IMG/VR virus record: IMGVR_UViG_3300025151_000020
Coordinates: 29,311 to 93,310 of that record
Origin: a virus
Reading direction: 5' to 3' (one strand)
Length of the DNA: 64,000 nucleotides
In this document: one piece after another, positions 52,557-60,429 of the stretch
How the letters are laid out: each line of letters begins with the position of its first letter
Numbering within the stretch: the stretch's first letter is position 1
Position numbers and translations under genes: made by a program
Notes under the pieces: model-generated
Told to the model about the DNA's origin: nothing
The model's input: only the letters and a program-made list of their open reading frames with translations
Databases searched by the model: none

Positions 52557-53047
52557 TTGTGAATCGCCCCCTCATCGTATGGAGGATAGGTAGAACCTCC
52601 ATATTTATTTTGATTATTCACTCTAATGGCGTGAACGGATTTGAAGCCCGCTTGGATTCTTATTGGCAAATTAAGATACCACTTTGCGAGAATCTTTGTT
52701 TGAGCATATGACTTGGATAATGCCATGAATGCTTGCTTGAGATGCCTTATTGTTTTCAAAACTTCAAGATACTGAATATCATCTGTTAGATCAGGACATT
52801 CTTCTTCGGCAGTTAGATAGCTGATGATTGCAAAGCGACACTCCATTATTGCCATATACACAGAAGTCGCTATCTCATCTGCATTATCTATCTCAAAGCC
52901 TTCCATTGACTCTAACCATGCTTTTACTACGAAATCAAGACCATCCAGGCAACGAATCAATTCATCCTCACAGATAGGCCAACCATCTTCATGGAGTATA
53001 TCTTCATACTCCGTGCCTTTCAACATCAAATCCCACAATGATTTCAT
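52553..53047 (-). CDS. Hypothetical helical protein
   Basis: ATGA coupling at 53044-53047; starts MKSLWDLMLKG. Confidence 0.55.
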   Translation of the reverse strand: MKSLWDLMLKGTEYEDILHEDGWPICEDELIRCLDGLDFVVKAWLESMEGFEIDNADEIATSVYMAIMECRFAIISYLTAEEECPDLTDDIQYLEVLKTIRHLKQAFMALSKSYAQTKILAKWYLNLPIRIQAGFKSVHAIRVNNQNKYGGSTYPPYDEGAIHK

Positions 53048-53757
53048 CCTTCCAACACTCCTGCTTCTGCCAAAGCGTTGCGAAGTACACGCCATTCATC
53101 AGGTGATTTTTCTGCAAAATGGGCTTGTATCACGGTAATCACATTCACAGATTGGCTCTTGTCTAAGGATTCCATTGTTTCCGACCATTTGGCAAGATCG
53201 TTCAGCGTTTCCCTAACCTCACGGTGCAACTGAACTGCAAGGCTTATGTCCTTTGGGGAGATAATGTCTGGTGTTTCAATGAATTGTGACTCTAACCTGT
53301 CTATCTGCATACCAAAAATCTGATCCAAACGATTCATGTTTGTCTGAATCCTTTGCAATGCAGCTCTAGTATCGCCAATTACAGTAGGCATCATTTCCAA
53401 TGTTGCTTGCTTCTGTACGAGAGGAGCAGTATGTGTATCCAAGTGATGACTGATAATTGAAGCATCAACTCCTAATTCATATGAAAAATCATCAATGGAT
53501 GCTCTACCATCCATGATTGCAGATTCAATCTCGGCTCTTTCGGGGTGTGTGCATATCGCACAGTCATGATTGCTATTGTTGTAGTATTCATCACCAGAAT
53601 GTCTTTTCATATGTCTATGACTTGTACCACTTGCCCATCCTTGTTCTCTGTCAATTGCCTCTGGTGTAGTAATGCCTGTGCGTATCTGATGTTCAAACTC
53701 ATCACGCTCTGGATGGTTACAGAAGGGGCAATTCTTGCGTGTCTTCCGACCAGGCAT
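53044..53757 (-). CDS. Probable terminase small subunit
   Basis: Two CxxCxHPER Zn-HTH repeats followed by a coiled oligomerisation region; upstream of terL in the same orientation. Confidence 0.6.
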   Translation of the reverse strand: MPGRKTRKNCPFCNHPERDEFEHQIRTGITTPEAIDREQGWASGTSHRHMKRHSGDEYYNNSNHDCAICTHPERAEIESAIMDGRASIDDFSYELGVDASIISHHLDTHTAPLVQKQATLEMMPTVIGDTRAALQRIQTNMNRLDQIFGMQIDRLESQFIETPDIISPKDISLAVQLHREVRETLNDLAKWSETMESLDKSQSVNVITVIQAHFAEKSPDEWRVLRNALAEAGVLEG

Positions 53758-53780
53758 GATAGTGCATCGTCATACCATCA

Positions 53781-54206
53781 TTATTGGGTCTTTTCATGCT
53801 TCTTCATGTGGATGCCACAATATCCATCCTTTGATTCAGACGAGATACGCCTTTTGCACCTTGATCCAGAAGCAACTGTCGCCTTGCATAATTTATGCTC
53901 AGGAGGGTTTCGATAACACTCAACACATAGACCTGTTCCATACTTTGACTTCTTCTTCAAAGGCTTGCCACAGTCCTGGCATTGTTTGACTTTTCTTCGC
54001 TTGATGAGTGCCTTCGCATCCTCAATATTTACCTCGCCATCTTGGTTGATGTCCATGATGGAATCTGCCGCATCATGCAATGCCGTAAAATCCTGATCTT
54101 GTATTGGATTGTTATACGCAACATACATCATGGGTTGGGAGGTAAATCCTCCGCCCCTACTAATTCTAGGGGCACTACCGAAAGGAAGCGTACTGTCTTC
54201 CTGCAA
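53781..54206 (-). CDS. Double Zn-finger protein with an EF-hand/dockerin-like loop
   Basis: DINQDGEVNIED; CQDC...CVEC; CKA...RCKR...YCGIH. True start may be the Met at ~54131. Confidence 0.55.
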   Translation of the reverse strand: MQEDSTLPFGSAPRISRGGGFTSQPMMYVAYNNPIQDQDFTALHDAADSIMDINQDGEVNIEDAKALIKRRKVKQCQDCGKPLKKKSKYGTGLCVECYRNPPEHKLCKATVASGSRCKRRISSESKDGYCGIHMKKHEKTQ

Positions 54207-54444
54207 TTAAGAAAGTTGCAAAGAGAAGAAGAAGTGCCATCATAGATTCCATAGGTTGCATCTCTGGTCCCTTGAATGCTAGAATTACTATGTCCATCAA
54301 CATGAATGATATGATAAATATCATAGTTGCACTTTCAACGAGTATTTTCTTTGGGCTAAACATAGCCAAAGTTGTAGTCATTGGATTTATGCCAAGATTG
54401 TTTTCATAATCGTCATACTGTCCTGTTCTTTCCATAACAATCAC
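54175..54444 (-). CDS. Small membrane protein (2 TM)
   Basis: Two hydrophobic stretches: ATMIFIISFMLMDIVILAF and MMALLLLFATFLIAG. Confidence 0.65.
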   Translation of the reverse strand: MIVMERTGQYDDYENNLGINPMTTTLAMFSPKKILVESATMIFIISFMLMDIVILAFKGPEMQPMESMMALLLLFATFLIAGRQYASFR

Positions 54445-55061
54445 ACCAACGCTGCTGCTCCCATTGCACCCATACTTGGCATTCCTTGTTGTTGCATATG
54501 AGTTCCAACTAACCCTCCAAGCAAACTACCAAAGAATCCAGGTTGATTTTGACCAGATAATAGAGGGTTGTGAGCTGCAAGTAACATCTGTATCTGTTGC
54601 TGATTCATTTGAGTCTGTTGCATACAAGCAGATTGGAGGCTCTGCAAAGTCAATCTTAGATTCTCAGATGACATTGAAACTAACCCTGTGGGCAAAGAAT
54701 TAGCGTCAATTGTCAATTTTCCATCTGCATCTGGGGTAAATGTTACAGTTGTAAAGAAGTCTTTGAGTGAAAGTGTAATCACTTCTCCGATTAAATCTAA
54801 CAACACTCCCATTTGATTAGATTGTATGAAAGCCGCAATTGGGTCTTGATACTGTAACAATCTCGCAGTTGCTTGTATTGGATCATTAGCCATTTGTTGC
54901 ATTAGCGGATTCTGTTGCATCATCTGCATCTGCATCGGGTCCATTCCACCTCCCATCATCCCATTTTGCATTCCATATCCCATACCCGACATTCCTGCAC
55001 CCATGCTTGGTGCTCCGAATTGTTGAGTAGGTGCTTCACTACTTCTTGAAAACCAGCCCAT
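54441..55061 (-). CDS. Met/Gln/Gly-rich protein with an amphipathic C-terminus
   Basis: MGWF start, MQMMQQNPLMQQMANDP, GFFGSLLGGLVG; GGAGG RBS. Confidence 0.6.
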   Translation of the reverse strand: MGWFSRSSEAPTQQFGAPSMGAGMSGMGYGMQNGMMGGGMDPMQMQMMQQNPLMQQMANDPIQATARLLQYQDPIAAFIQSNQMGVLLDLIGEVITLSLKDFFTTVTFTPDADGKLTIDANSLPTGLVSMSSENLRLTLQSLQSACMQQTQMNQQQIQMLLAAHNPLLSGQNQPGFFGSLLGGLVGTHMQQQGMPSMGAMGAAALV

Positions 55062-55074
55062 TTTTATTCCTCCA

Positions 55075-56034
55075 TTAACTTCCCGCTACCTGTTGTTGTG
55101 TGGGAATCGTATTAGCAGTTGCTTGTGGTGTTTGCGGTGCTCCACCACGACTATCGGGTATAAACTGCGGCACTCCTATCATGCCATTTTGTTTCATTGC
55201 ATCTTGTATTTGCAATGCCCGCAAATCAAAAGTTACGGTTACTAAGTCTGCAACGCCACTTATTGGATTTGGGTGTTGAACCATTGTGATCCCCTTTTGA
55301 TGTTGGACATCTTGTTGAATCATTTTGAAAAACGGTTCGTACTTTAGTAGAGATTCTGTTGTGGATCGATTCTTCTGTTTCGTTGAGCCTCCGGTCAATG
55401 CAGACATACCAGGCACTTTGAGAAACTTAGTTCCCAAACTCGCAGGTCTTGATAACCCATCACTTTCAAGCATTTCCTCCTGTGTCAATTTCTTTAGAGT
55501 GTGATATATGTGTAAGTGAGCAGGGCAAAGCGTACTGTTCAATTGATCGCCAATATCTCCATATGTCCTTGCATGGGGTTTGCGAGGTTGTCCTGTATCT
55601 TCATCAAACCAATATATGTCTGCTAATGATAATCTGGTATCTTCATCAATAATATGGGCATAGGCATTATCAGAACCTTCTATGAATCTGCGGATATCTG
55701 CACCACAACAAGCACATTCATGAGCTGCATTGTAACGATATATGCTAAATATTCCAAACCAATATCTTGGGGGTTTCAATGCCTTACGAAGCATTTTGAT
55801 ATTCTTTTTTCTAGCCTTCCTCGGATTCTTTGCATTGGTATGCAATTTGATTTCAACAGTAGGAACAAAACTCTCATCATCACCTGGAAGGTTTTGTCCT
55901 GTGCTTGCCATCTCAGCCCTTTGTTGTGACTTCAACATAGGATATGCAATGCCCGTATTTTTTGATAATTGCATCAATTCCTCATCGCTAAGTCCGGCTA
56001 AACGAATGCCTTGATTCCACAGTCCGAGATTCAT
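55075..56034 (-). CDS. Hypothetical Zn-binding protein
   Basis: ECACCG...LCPAH; preceded by the 23-bp repeat. Confidence 0.6.
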   Translation of the reverse strand: MNLGLWNQGIRLAGLSDEELMQLSKNTGIAYPMLKSQQRAEMASTGQNLPGDDESFVPTVEIKLHTNAKNPRKARKKNIKMLRKALKPPRYWFGIFSIYRYNAAHECACCGADIRRFIEGSDNAYAHIIDEDTRLSLADIYWFDEDTGQPRKPHARTYGDIGDQLNSTLCPAHLHIYHTLKKLTQEEMLESDGLSRPASLGTKFLKVPGMSALTGGSTKQKNRSTTESLLKYEPFFKMIQQDVQHQKGITMVQHPNPISGVADLVTVTFDLRALQIQDAMKQNGMIGVPQFIPDSRGGAPQTPQATANTIPTQQQVAGS

Positions 56035-56043
56035 CTTCGTGTA

Positions 56044-56066
56044 AATGTCAGTCGTGTCAGGTTAAT
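56044..56066 (-). promoter_or_regulatory. 23-bp promoter/operator, copy 2
   Basis: ATTAACCTGACACGACTGACATT, identical to 57675-57697; ends 9 nt before ATG 56034. Confidence 0.8.
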
Positions 56067-56082
56067 TAGGCTAATCCATTTA

Positions 56083-56814
56083 TCATAGAGATTCAATCAT
56101 TTTTATCATGACCTTTTCTATATTCAATCCATGTTGTGCAGATATGGCTTCAACTTCGGCATGAATGCCCGCTTTTCTCAATCTTCTAAGTTCATTTCTA
56201 AAGGGATAAACAATCGGATGTTCTCTCTGCAAACCGTGATCCCACAAATATTGAGATTGAGGACTCCACCAAAGATCCATTTTGTTAATTAGAAAACAAA
56301 CCATATCTGGTCTATACCCCTTTCTTGCATTTTTCCTAGCCTTCTTGCTAAGTGTTTTGCATCTGTCATGGCCTGTGATGTTGTCAATCAGATATTTCAA
56401 AGAAGCAACTGATTCTCTCGTATGTTGGGGATATTTGATTATCCTATCATCAATCATGAAGAATATTATGTGCGGTTTTCGAATGAATATATCCTCTGCC
56501 CATAAACTCCAAAATTGAGATTGGCCACCAATATCCACACTAGAAACGGGATGTCTTTCTTTCTTCCATTTGATTTGATGGCGATGGGCAGTTGGTAACT
56601 CATATTTTCCATTCATTTGCCTGTGTGATGTTCTAAACTCTAATGGAATCGGTTCTATGTCACCAGGAACTGTAAGATATTGGTCAAGAGTCGTCTTTCC
56701 GGTCATCGTTGGACCGTAAATGCCTATTCTATGTGGCTTCAAAGTACGATACACTTTTTTGATCGCATTGAAAGATGCCAATATGACGTGACCTGCTAAT
56801 AACGTGGAACTCAC
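56083..56814 (-). CDS. Small Ras-superfamily GTPase, Arf/Sar1-like
   Basis: G1 GPTMTGKT, G2 Thr (FRT), G3 DIGGQ followed by xxxxxLW, G4 NKMD, G5 SAQ; N-terminal amphipathic helix. Confidence 0.85.
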   Translation of the reverse strand: MSSTLLAGHVILASFNAIKKVYRTLKPHRIGIYGPTMTGKTTLDQYLTVPGDIEPIPLEFRTSHRQMNGKYELPTAHRHQIKWKKERHPVSSVDIGGQSQFWSLWAEDIFIRKPHIIFFMIDDRIIKYPQHTRESVASLKYLIDNITGHDRCKTLSKKARKNARKGYRPDMVCFLINKMDLWWSPQSQYLWDHGLQREHPIVYPFRNELRRLRKAGIHAEVEAISAQHGLNIEKVMIKMIESL

Positions 56815-56821
56815 GGGAAGA

Positions 56822-57049
56822 TCACTCCCTGTTCGTTATCCACTCCCAAACTTCCACAGGTCGCATTTCCCCAAAGTTGTCTAACAGAAATAAAGTGAAA
56901 AATGTTAGAGCAATTCCTCCGAACAACGCCACTACGGTTCGCACCCATCCAGCCAGCCGTTCCATCCTTCGTTCATAGGCATTTTCAGCAAGGATCTGTG
57001 ACATTGCTTCTGTTTGCCTTTCCTGTTTGGTGCTAAACGGCCACACCAA
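56822..57049 (-). CDS. Small single-pass membrane protein
   Basis: TM segment VVALFGGIALTFFTLFLL. Confidence 0.65.
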   Translation of the reverse strand: MVWPFSTKQERQTEAMSQILAENAYERRMERLAGWVRTVVALFGGIALTFFTLFLLDNFGEMRPVEVWEWITNRE

Positions 57050-57060
57050 CTCTTCCCCCC

Positions 57061-57534
57061 TTATTGCTTGTCATCTTCGTTACTACCATCATTGGGGATT
57101 CCAAATAATTGTTGTCCTGTGGATTGAGTGAATTGATTGCCCCATTCAGCTCGCATTTGTTCCTTCTGAAACCTCCTGGACTGTAATTGCATCTGTTGCC
57201 TAAACCACTTGTCATATCGTGCTTCTTGCGAAAACTCTGCTCGCATGGCTAGACTATCTCTAATCCCACCAACTTGGAACAGAACCATTGCCAAGCAAAG
57301 GAATCCGAAAGCAATTAGCCCATACTGTAATCCCATCTCTCCAGGAGATGCGTTGGGGAGATACCAATCAAGATGCGATATACAAACCGCAGTTCCTGTT
57401 AGTAGTGATTGCCATAGCAACATGGCTATCAGATTTACATCAATTCTTTGGCTATCGTTTATTCCAAAGGGAGGAGCTGCTATTCCTCTCATTGGTGTTC
57501 CTGGCTTAGGGGGTTGCATTACCATCTTAATCAT
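57061..57534 (-). CDS. Membrane protein (2 TM plus coiled tail)
   Basis: LIAMLLWQSLLTGTAVCI and YGLIAFGFLCLAMVLF; Gln-rich helical C-terminus. Confidence 0.65.
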   Translation of the reverse strand: MIKMVMQPPKPGTPMRGIAAPPFGINDSQRIDVNLIAMLLWQSLLTGTAVCISHLDWYLPNASPGEMGLQYGLIAFGFLCLAMVLFQVGGIRDSLAMRAEFSQEARYDKWFRQQMQLQSRRFQKEQMRAEWGNQFTQSTGQQLFGIPNDGSNEDDKQ

Positions 57535-57668
57535 CCTTCATTTTCTAATGCACGAAATCCTTTTTCGATCAACATATTACAAAATGCTGACTTGGATGCA
57601 AGTCCTCTTTTTGCTTCTAACAAATGATAGAGGTCTTCCCTCAGAATTACAGATACGTGCTTTCCCAT
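57531..57668 (-). CDS. Ribbon-helix-helix (CopG/Arc-like) transcription regulator, 45 aa
   Basis: Not in the ORF track. Hand translation MGKHVSVILREDLYHLLEAKRGLASKSAFCNMLIEKGFRALENEG: alternating beta strand, helix A, SKS turn, helix B. ATGA-coupled to the next gene. Confidence 0.8.
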   Translation of the reverse strand: MGKHVSVILREDLYHLLEAKRGLASKSAFCNMLIEKGFRALENEG

Positions 57669-57674
57669 TGCAAG

Positions 57675-57697
57675 AATGTCAGTCGTGTCAGGTTAAT
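57675..57697 (-). promoter_or_regulatory. 23-bp promoter/operator, copy 1
   Basis: ATTAACCTGACACGACTGACATT, ending 6 nt before the RHH start codon; contains TGACA-N4-TGACA. Confidence 0.8.
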
Positions 57698-57714
57698 GAG
57701 TGTTCGGAGTAAAA

Positions 57715-58977
57715 TCACGGAAGAAACGCAGATAAATCGGGTTCTCCTTCTAACGGACTCATTAGACTTAGACGCTTCTCTTCCAATTGTTGTTGCACCC
57801 ACCATTGTTGTGCCATTGCCAAGTTCTTTTGTTCTTCATCTAAACTGTGATGAAAAGTCTTTGATCCATGACCTGTGTAATCTATCGCCTTTACATTAGG
57901 GTCCCAACAAGCATCGCAATTGTGCGTTTCACACCTGTTTTGTTCTCCTGTCTTACCTGCGGCAGGGCAAGCCCATACTGCTCCGTGATCATACCTATGA
58001 CTCGCATTGACTGAACTGCCCGTGATATTAGGATGTGATGCCATGAGTCTTTTCATTTGTTCCGAATGATGCACAGGAGCGTGTTGTTTGTGCTGAGAAA
58101 CCCTTATTGTGAGATTGGGAGGAATCTGCCCCCCTGCCTGTATAAACTCTCTCAGATGTTCATGCTCTCTTGTTGATAGCCAAAACTTCTTGTCAGGGTG
58201 TGCTCTTGCAACATCTGAATGGATTGCGAAGTGATGAGGGCTTTGCATATCTCCCGAAGCATTCAATCTAATTCTATCATGTCCTGCTTCCCCTATCTGC
58301 CAAGAAAGAGCTGCGGCATACATCTGGGGATTTGCTAAACCTAGAAGATTCCTAGTTTGATGTGCTTGAACGCTATCTGATTTCAGATGCATGACATTAT
58401 CAACATAGCAACCATCGCAAACCGTATCCTGATCGCTCTCTCTAAGTTTTGACCCCATGTTGCACCCCCAAGTAGGCAAATCTTCACTTGGACCCCACAT
58501 TTTATCCATATTACTCATACCATGCGTATCTTTGGTAGTGTGTCCTTTGATGTCATTGTCTTTGATAAACTTGCCAATAGCACGAGATGAATGTGCTCTG
58601 CTTGCAGGTATTGAACCTGTTTGATTTCTCCATATGTGTTCCATCATGTGAGTGCCGTCATCTGCTCTAAGATTGACACCTCCTTGTATTGGATAGTTGG
58701 ACAAACCCTCTCTGACTTGCTCTAATGCCTTAACATGAACCGGATCTATCTCTTTTCTCCTGATCCTTGTCAATGACCCTTCGCCCTGGAAGTTTTCCTC
58801 GCCTCTTGCAGCCGCCCAAAATTGACTACCTGTATTCAATTGGTTTCGTATCTCTTCAATACTTTTGGTGATTACATCCTGTATTGGCTCTTGATGTAGC
58901 GGATCTCTGCACACTTGGCAGTACAGATGAGAGTTATCATCATGGAGGAGTGCATTGTGAGGTATAGCTACCGCCAT
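57715..58977 (-). CDS. GP88-family (radical-SAM-like, Cys-rich) phage protein with an N-terminal extension
   Basis: LPTWGC...VCDGCY, RIRLNASGD, FWLSTRE, PPNLTIRVS, CPA...C...CDACWD. Confidence 0.65.
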   Translation of the reverse strand: MAVAIPHNALLHDDNSHLYCQVCRDPLHQEPIQDVITKSIEEIRNQLNTGSQFWAAARGEENFQGEGSLTRIRRKEIDPVHVKALEQVREGLSNYPIQGGVNLRADDGTHMMEHIWRNQTGSIPASRAHSSRAIGKFIKDNDIKGHTTKDTHGMSNMDKMWGPSEDLPTWGCNMGSKLRESDQDTVCDGCYVDNVMHLKSDSVQAHQTRNLLGLANPQMYAAALSWQIGEAGHDRIRLNASGDMQSPHHFAIHSDVARAHPDKKFWLSTREHEHLREFIQAGGQIPPNLTIRVSQHKQHAPVHHSEQMKRLMASHPNITGSSVNASHRYDHGAVWACPAAGKTGEQNRCETHNCDACWDPNVKAIDYTGHGSKTFHHSLDEEQKNLAMAQQWWVQQQLEEKRLSLMSPLEGEPDLSAFLP

Positions 58978-59009
58978 ATGTTCGCCCTAGAATTACCATT
59001 CATCAAAAC

Positions 59010-59106
59010 TGTTGTGATGTGCAGAGGAGGTGGAACAAGGAGATGAAAAATCCGAATAGTAAGAAACGCATCAAGTGCCACCAGAGCGTTTAGTACCTCC
59101 CCTGCG
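59010..59106 (-). ncRNA. Candidate structured small RNA
   Basis: ORF-free gap on the coding strand behind a consensus promoter; terminal stem GCAGGGGAGGU/ACCUCCUCUGC and internal stem AAACGC/GCGUUU. Confidence 0.5.
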
Positions 59107-59137
59107 AAATGAAGTAAAACGGACAATTGTTAATGAA

Positions 59138-59545
59138 TTATCCCGCAGTTATTATTCCATTGCAAGTGCTACAAACCGTGTATGAGTATGGGCCTTCTTC
59201 ATCCTCATCCTCTATGAGCAAAGCCCCATCCTTCCAATCTTGTATCTGTTGAGGACTAGCGGGTACTTGATTTCCAAACCTGTCATGTGCCATCCCATTG
59301 TATTCAGGGCAACTGCACCAATCATCCTCTGAATCCTTCTGTGCTATCAAATCCTCAGAAGTCGTTTGGCCTGTTCCATTACAGGAAGGACAAGTGACGA
59401 AATTGACGTTGATTGGGTTTCCTTGAGGATCATTCTCAGTAACTTGAACCTGGCCTCTGCCTTCGCATTGTGGGCATGAGTGCATACCGCCCTCTGTGTA
59501 TCTGACTTCTTTGACTATGTTCCAAGCCTTGTCAAAAGAAGTCAT
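59138..59545 (-). CDS. DnaJ-type Zn-finger protein with an N-terminal tag
   Basis: CPQCEGRG...CPSCNGTG; MTSFDKAWNIVK. Confidence 0.65.
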   Translation of the reverse strand: MTSFDKAWNIVKEVRYTEGGMHSCPQCEGRGQVQVTENDPQGNPINVNFVTCPSCNGTGQTTSEDLIAQKDSEDDWCSCPEYNGMAHDRFGNQVPASPQQIQDWKDGALLIEDEDEEGPYSYTVCSTCNGIITAG

Positions 59546-59550
59546 CCTAA

Positions 59551-60072
59551 TCACTCAGTTATATGGACTTCTTCTCCACAAGCAAAACATTTGACTCCTG
59601 CTTCATTACTAAATCTAAATGGGCTGAAAGATGTCTGATTGCTTGAGTATTCTTGATTTTCTTCTCCGCAAAACGGACACATCCAAGTGTATTCTCCATC
59701 GGGATGGTCTTCAGGCACTTCACGGTGTCTTACCTTAACGGGTCTTTCTTGTTTAACAATGGGGTCTGGGTGACATCTGCAACTCGCCCAGGGCGATCTT
59801 TCTCCTTCTGTTCTAACCTTGACTTGCTCACCACAATCGGGGCATTTGGGTAATGGCACATCGCCATGATCAACGGCTCTATCTAACTGAGAGAAAAAAT
59901 CGTCTTTTTTTGCGAAATCCCATGCCTTTTCAAAAGGATCAGGATCTCCACGATTTGCTTTTAATCTATCACCACAACATTTGCCCGCAGCTTCCCCCGA
60001 ACCACAAGCACAAGGAGAACAAGTACAACTTTTAGGGCTACATTCAGGGCAATCTCTAGCCATCTCAATCAC
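59551..60072 (-). CDS. Multi-Zn-finger protein with a SEC-C-like motif
   Basis: PCACGSGEAAGKCCG, CPDCG, CPFCG...CFACG; PFEKAWDFAK. Confidence 0.6.
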   Translation of the reverse strand: MIEMARDCPECSPKSCTCSPCACGSGEAAGKCCGDRLKANRGDPDPFEKAWDFAKKDDFFSQLDRAVDHGDVPLPKCPDCGEQVKVRTEGERSPWASCRCHPDPIVKQERPVKVRHREVPEDHPDGEYTWMCPFCGEENQEYSSNQTSFSPFRFSNEAGVKCFACGEEVHITE

Positions 60073-60265
60073 CCGTCATAGGCAACTCTTGAATCTGGTC
60101 CATAGCTCTTTCAAGTTCTGCCCTAATAGATGGTTCAATAAAACTTGATTGCATATCCATCGCCAATGTTTCCATAATAACATTGTACGCTGACATTGGC
60201 ATCCTAAGAGTAACCATGCCTTCCTCTTTAACAACATCAAAAGCCCTGTCAAACGTGTCCGTCAT
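60065..60265 (-). CDS. Small protein with an N-terminal tag
   Basis: MTDTFDRAFDVVK; ATG 17 nt after the promoter motif. Confidence 0.6.
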   Translation of the reverse strand: MTDTFDRAFDVVKEEGMVTLRMPMSAYNVIMETLAMDMQSSFIEPSIRAELERAMDQIQELPMTGD

Positions 60266-60292
60266 GGTAATGGCCAAATAGCCCATTGTTGA

Positions 60293-60391
60293 TTAACACT
60301 CTTGTTCTGTCAAGCAAGTGCAACCATCATGGTCTATACCATCCCAACCACAATAACAGACTTCATGCGGCTCAACCTTTGGGTATGTCAT
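60293..60391 (-). CDS. 32-aa Cys-rich microprotein
   Basis: MTYPKVEPHEVCYCGWDGIDHDGCTCLTEQEC; fills the gap and follows a promoter motif at 15 nt. Confidence 0.45.
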   Translation of the reverse strand: MTYPKVEPHEVCYCGWDGIDHDGCTCLTEQEC

Positions 60392-60429
60392 GAGATCTCT
60401 GACCTTCCATTGGTTAATTAGATCTTACA

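Noticed and set aside
56044-57697. 23-bp direct repeats read as att sites, a target-site duplication or a mini-CRISPR
   Set aside because: Only two copies 1.6 kb apart, no integrase, transposase or cas gene, and both sit at promoter positions just before start codons.
59010-59106. tRNA in the intergenic hairpin region
   Set aside because: No cloverleaf, T-loop consensus or properly placed anticodon arm; kept only as a candidate sRNA.
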